NCBI GenBank assembly: GCA_041690135.1
Contig: JAWLHY010000016.1
Coordinates: 96,001-160,000, forward strand
Reading direction: 5' to 3'
Source: Armatimonadota bacterium
Lineage (GTDB): Bacteria > Armatimonadota > SYMT01
DNA: 64,000 bases
Each line of letters starts with the position of its first letter. The stretch's first letter is position 1. Shown here piece after piece: positions 63,859-64,000 of the stretch. Both the position numbers and the translations under genes were made by a program. Below the pieces are notes generated by a model. It saw nothing but the letters and a program-made list of their open reading frames with translations, did no database searches and was not told the origin of the DNA.

Positions 63859-64000
63859 TGTTTGCCGGAGTAGCAGCCTCGCGCCTTCCCTTCGAGTGGA
63901 ACCGGTATGCCTGGAAGGTGCCGCAGGAGTGACCCTTCCCTGCCGGTTCAACGGAGGCCTACCAGGGAACCAGCCACTTCAGATACCACGACAGCAGTTT

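Overview
High-GC bacterial chromosomal window, most likely Armatimonadota (inferred from the DUF1559/prepilin '[32 protein letters not shown]' gene). It also carries Planctomycete-type families: two DUF1592/DUF1552 pairs, DUF1501 and a PQQ-like propeller. About 50 CDSs are supportable. Housekeeping genes include ruvAB, rnd, rsgA, lgt, lspA and gdhA. Other content: two histidine kinases, an ECF sigma/anti-sigma operon, a MerR/TipA regulator, a toxin-antitoxin pair and many exported proteins. I saw no rRNA, tRNA, CRISPR array or intact transposase. Best leads: (1) a putative operon joining glutamate dehydrogenase, a stand-alone cNMP-binding protein, a 3x cNMP + 4x[4Fe-4S] protein and a di-heme cytochrome b-like membrane protein; (2) a highly structured, switch-like leader RNA upstream of an ankyrin protein; (3) RsgA with a C-terminal extension resembling EF-Tu domain III; (4) a 182-nt intergenic inverted-repeat element (ncRNA or MITE); (5) a MerR gene apparently starting at CTG behind a textbook MerR promoter. 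All family calls are from motif recognition by eye; no database searches were run.
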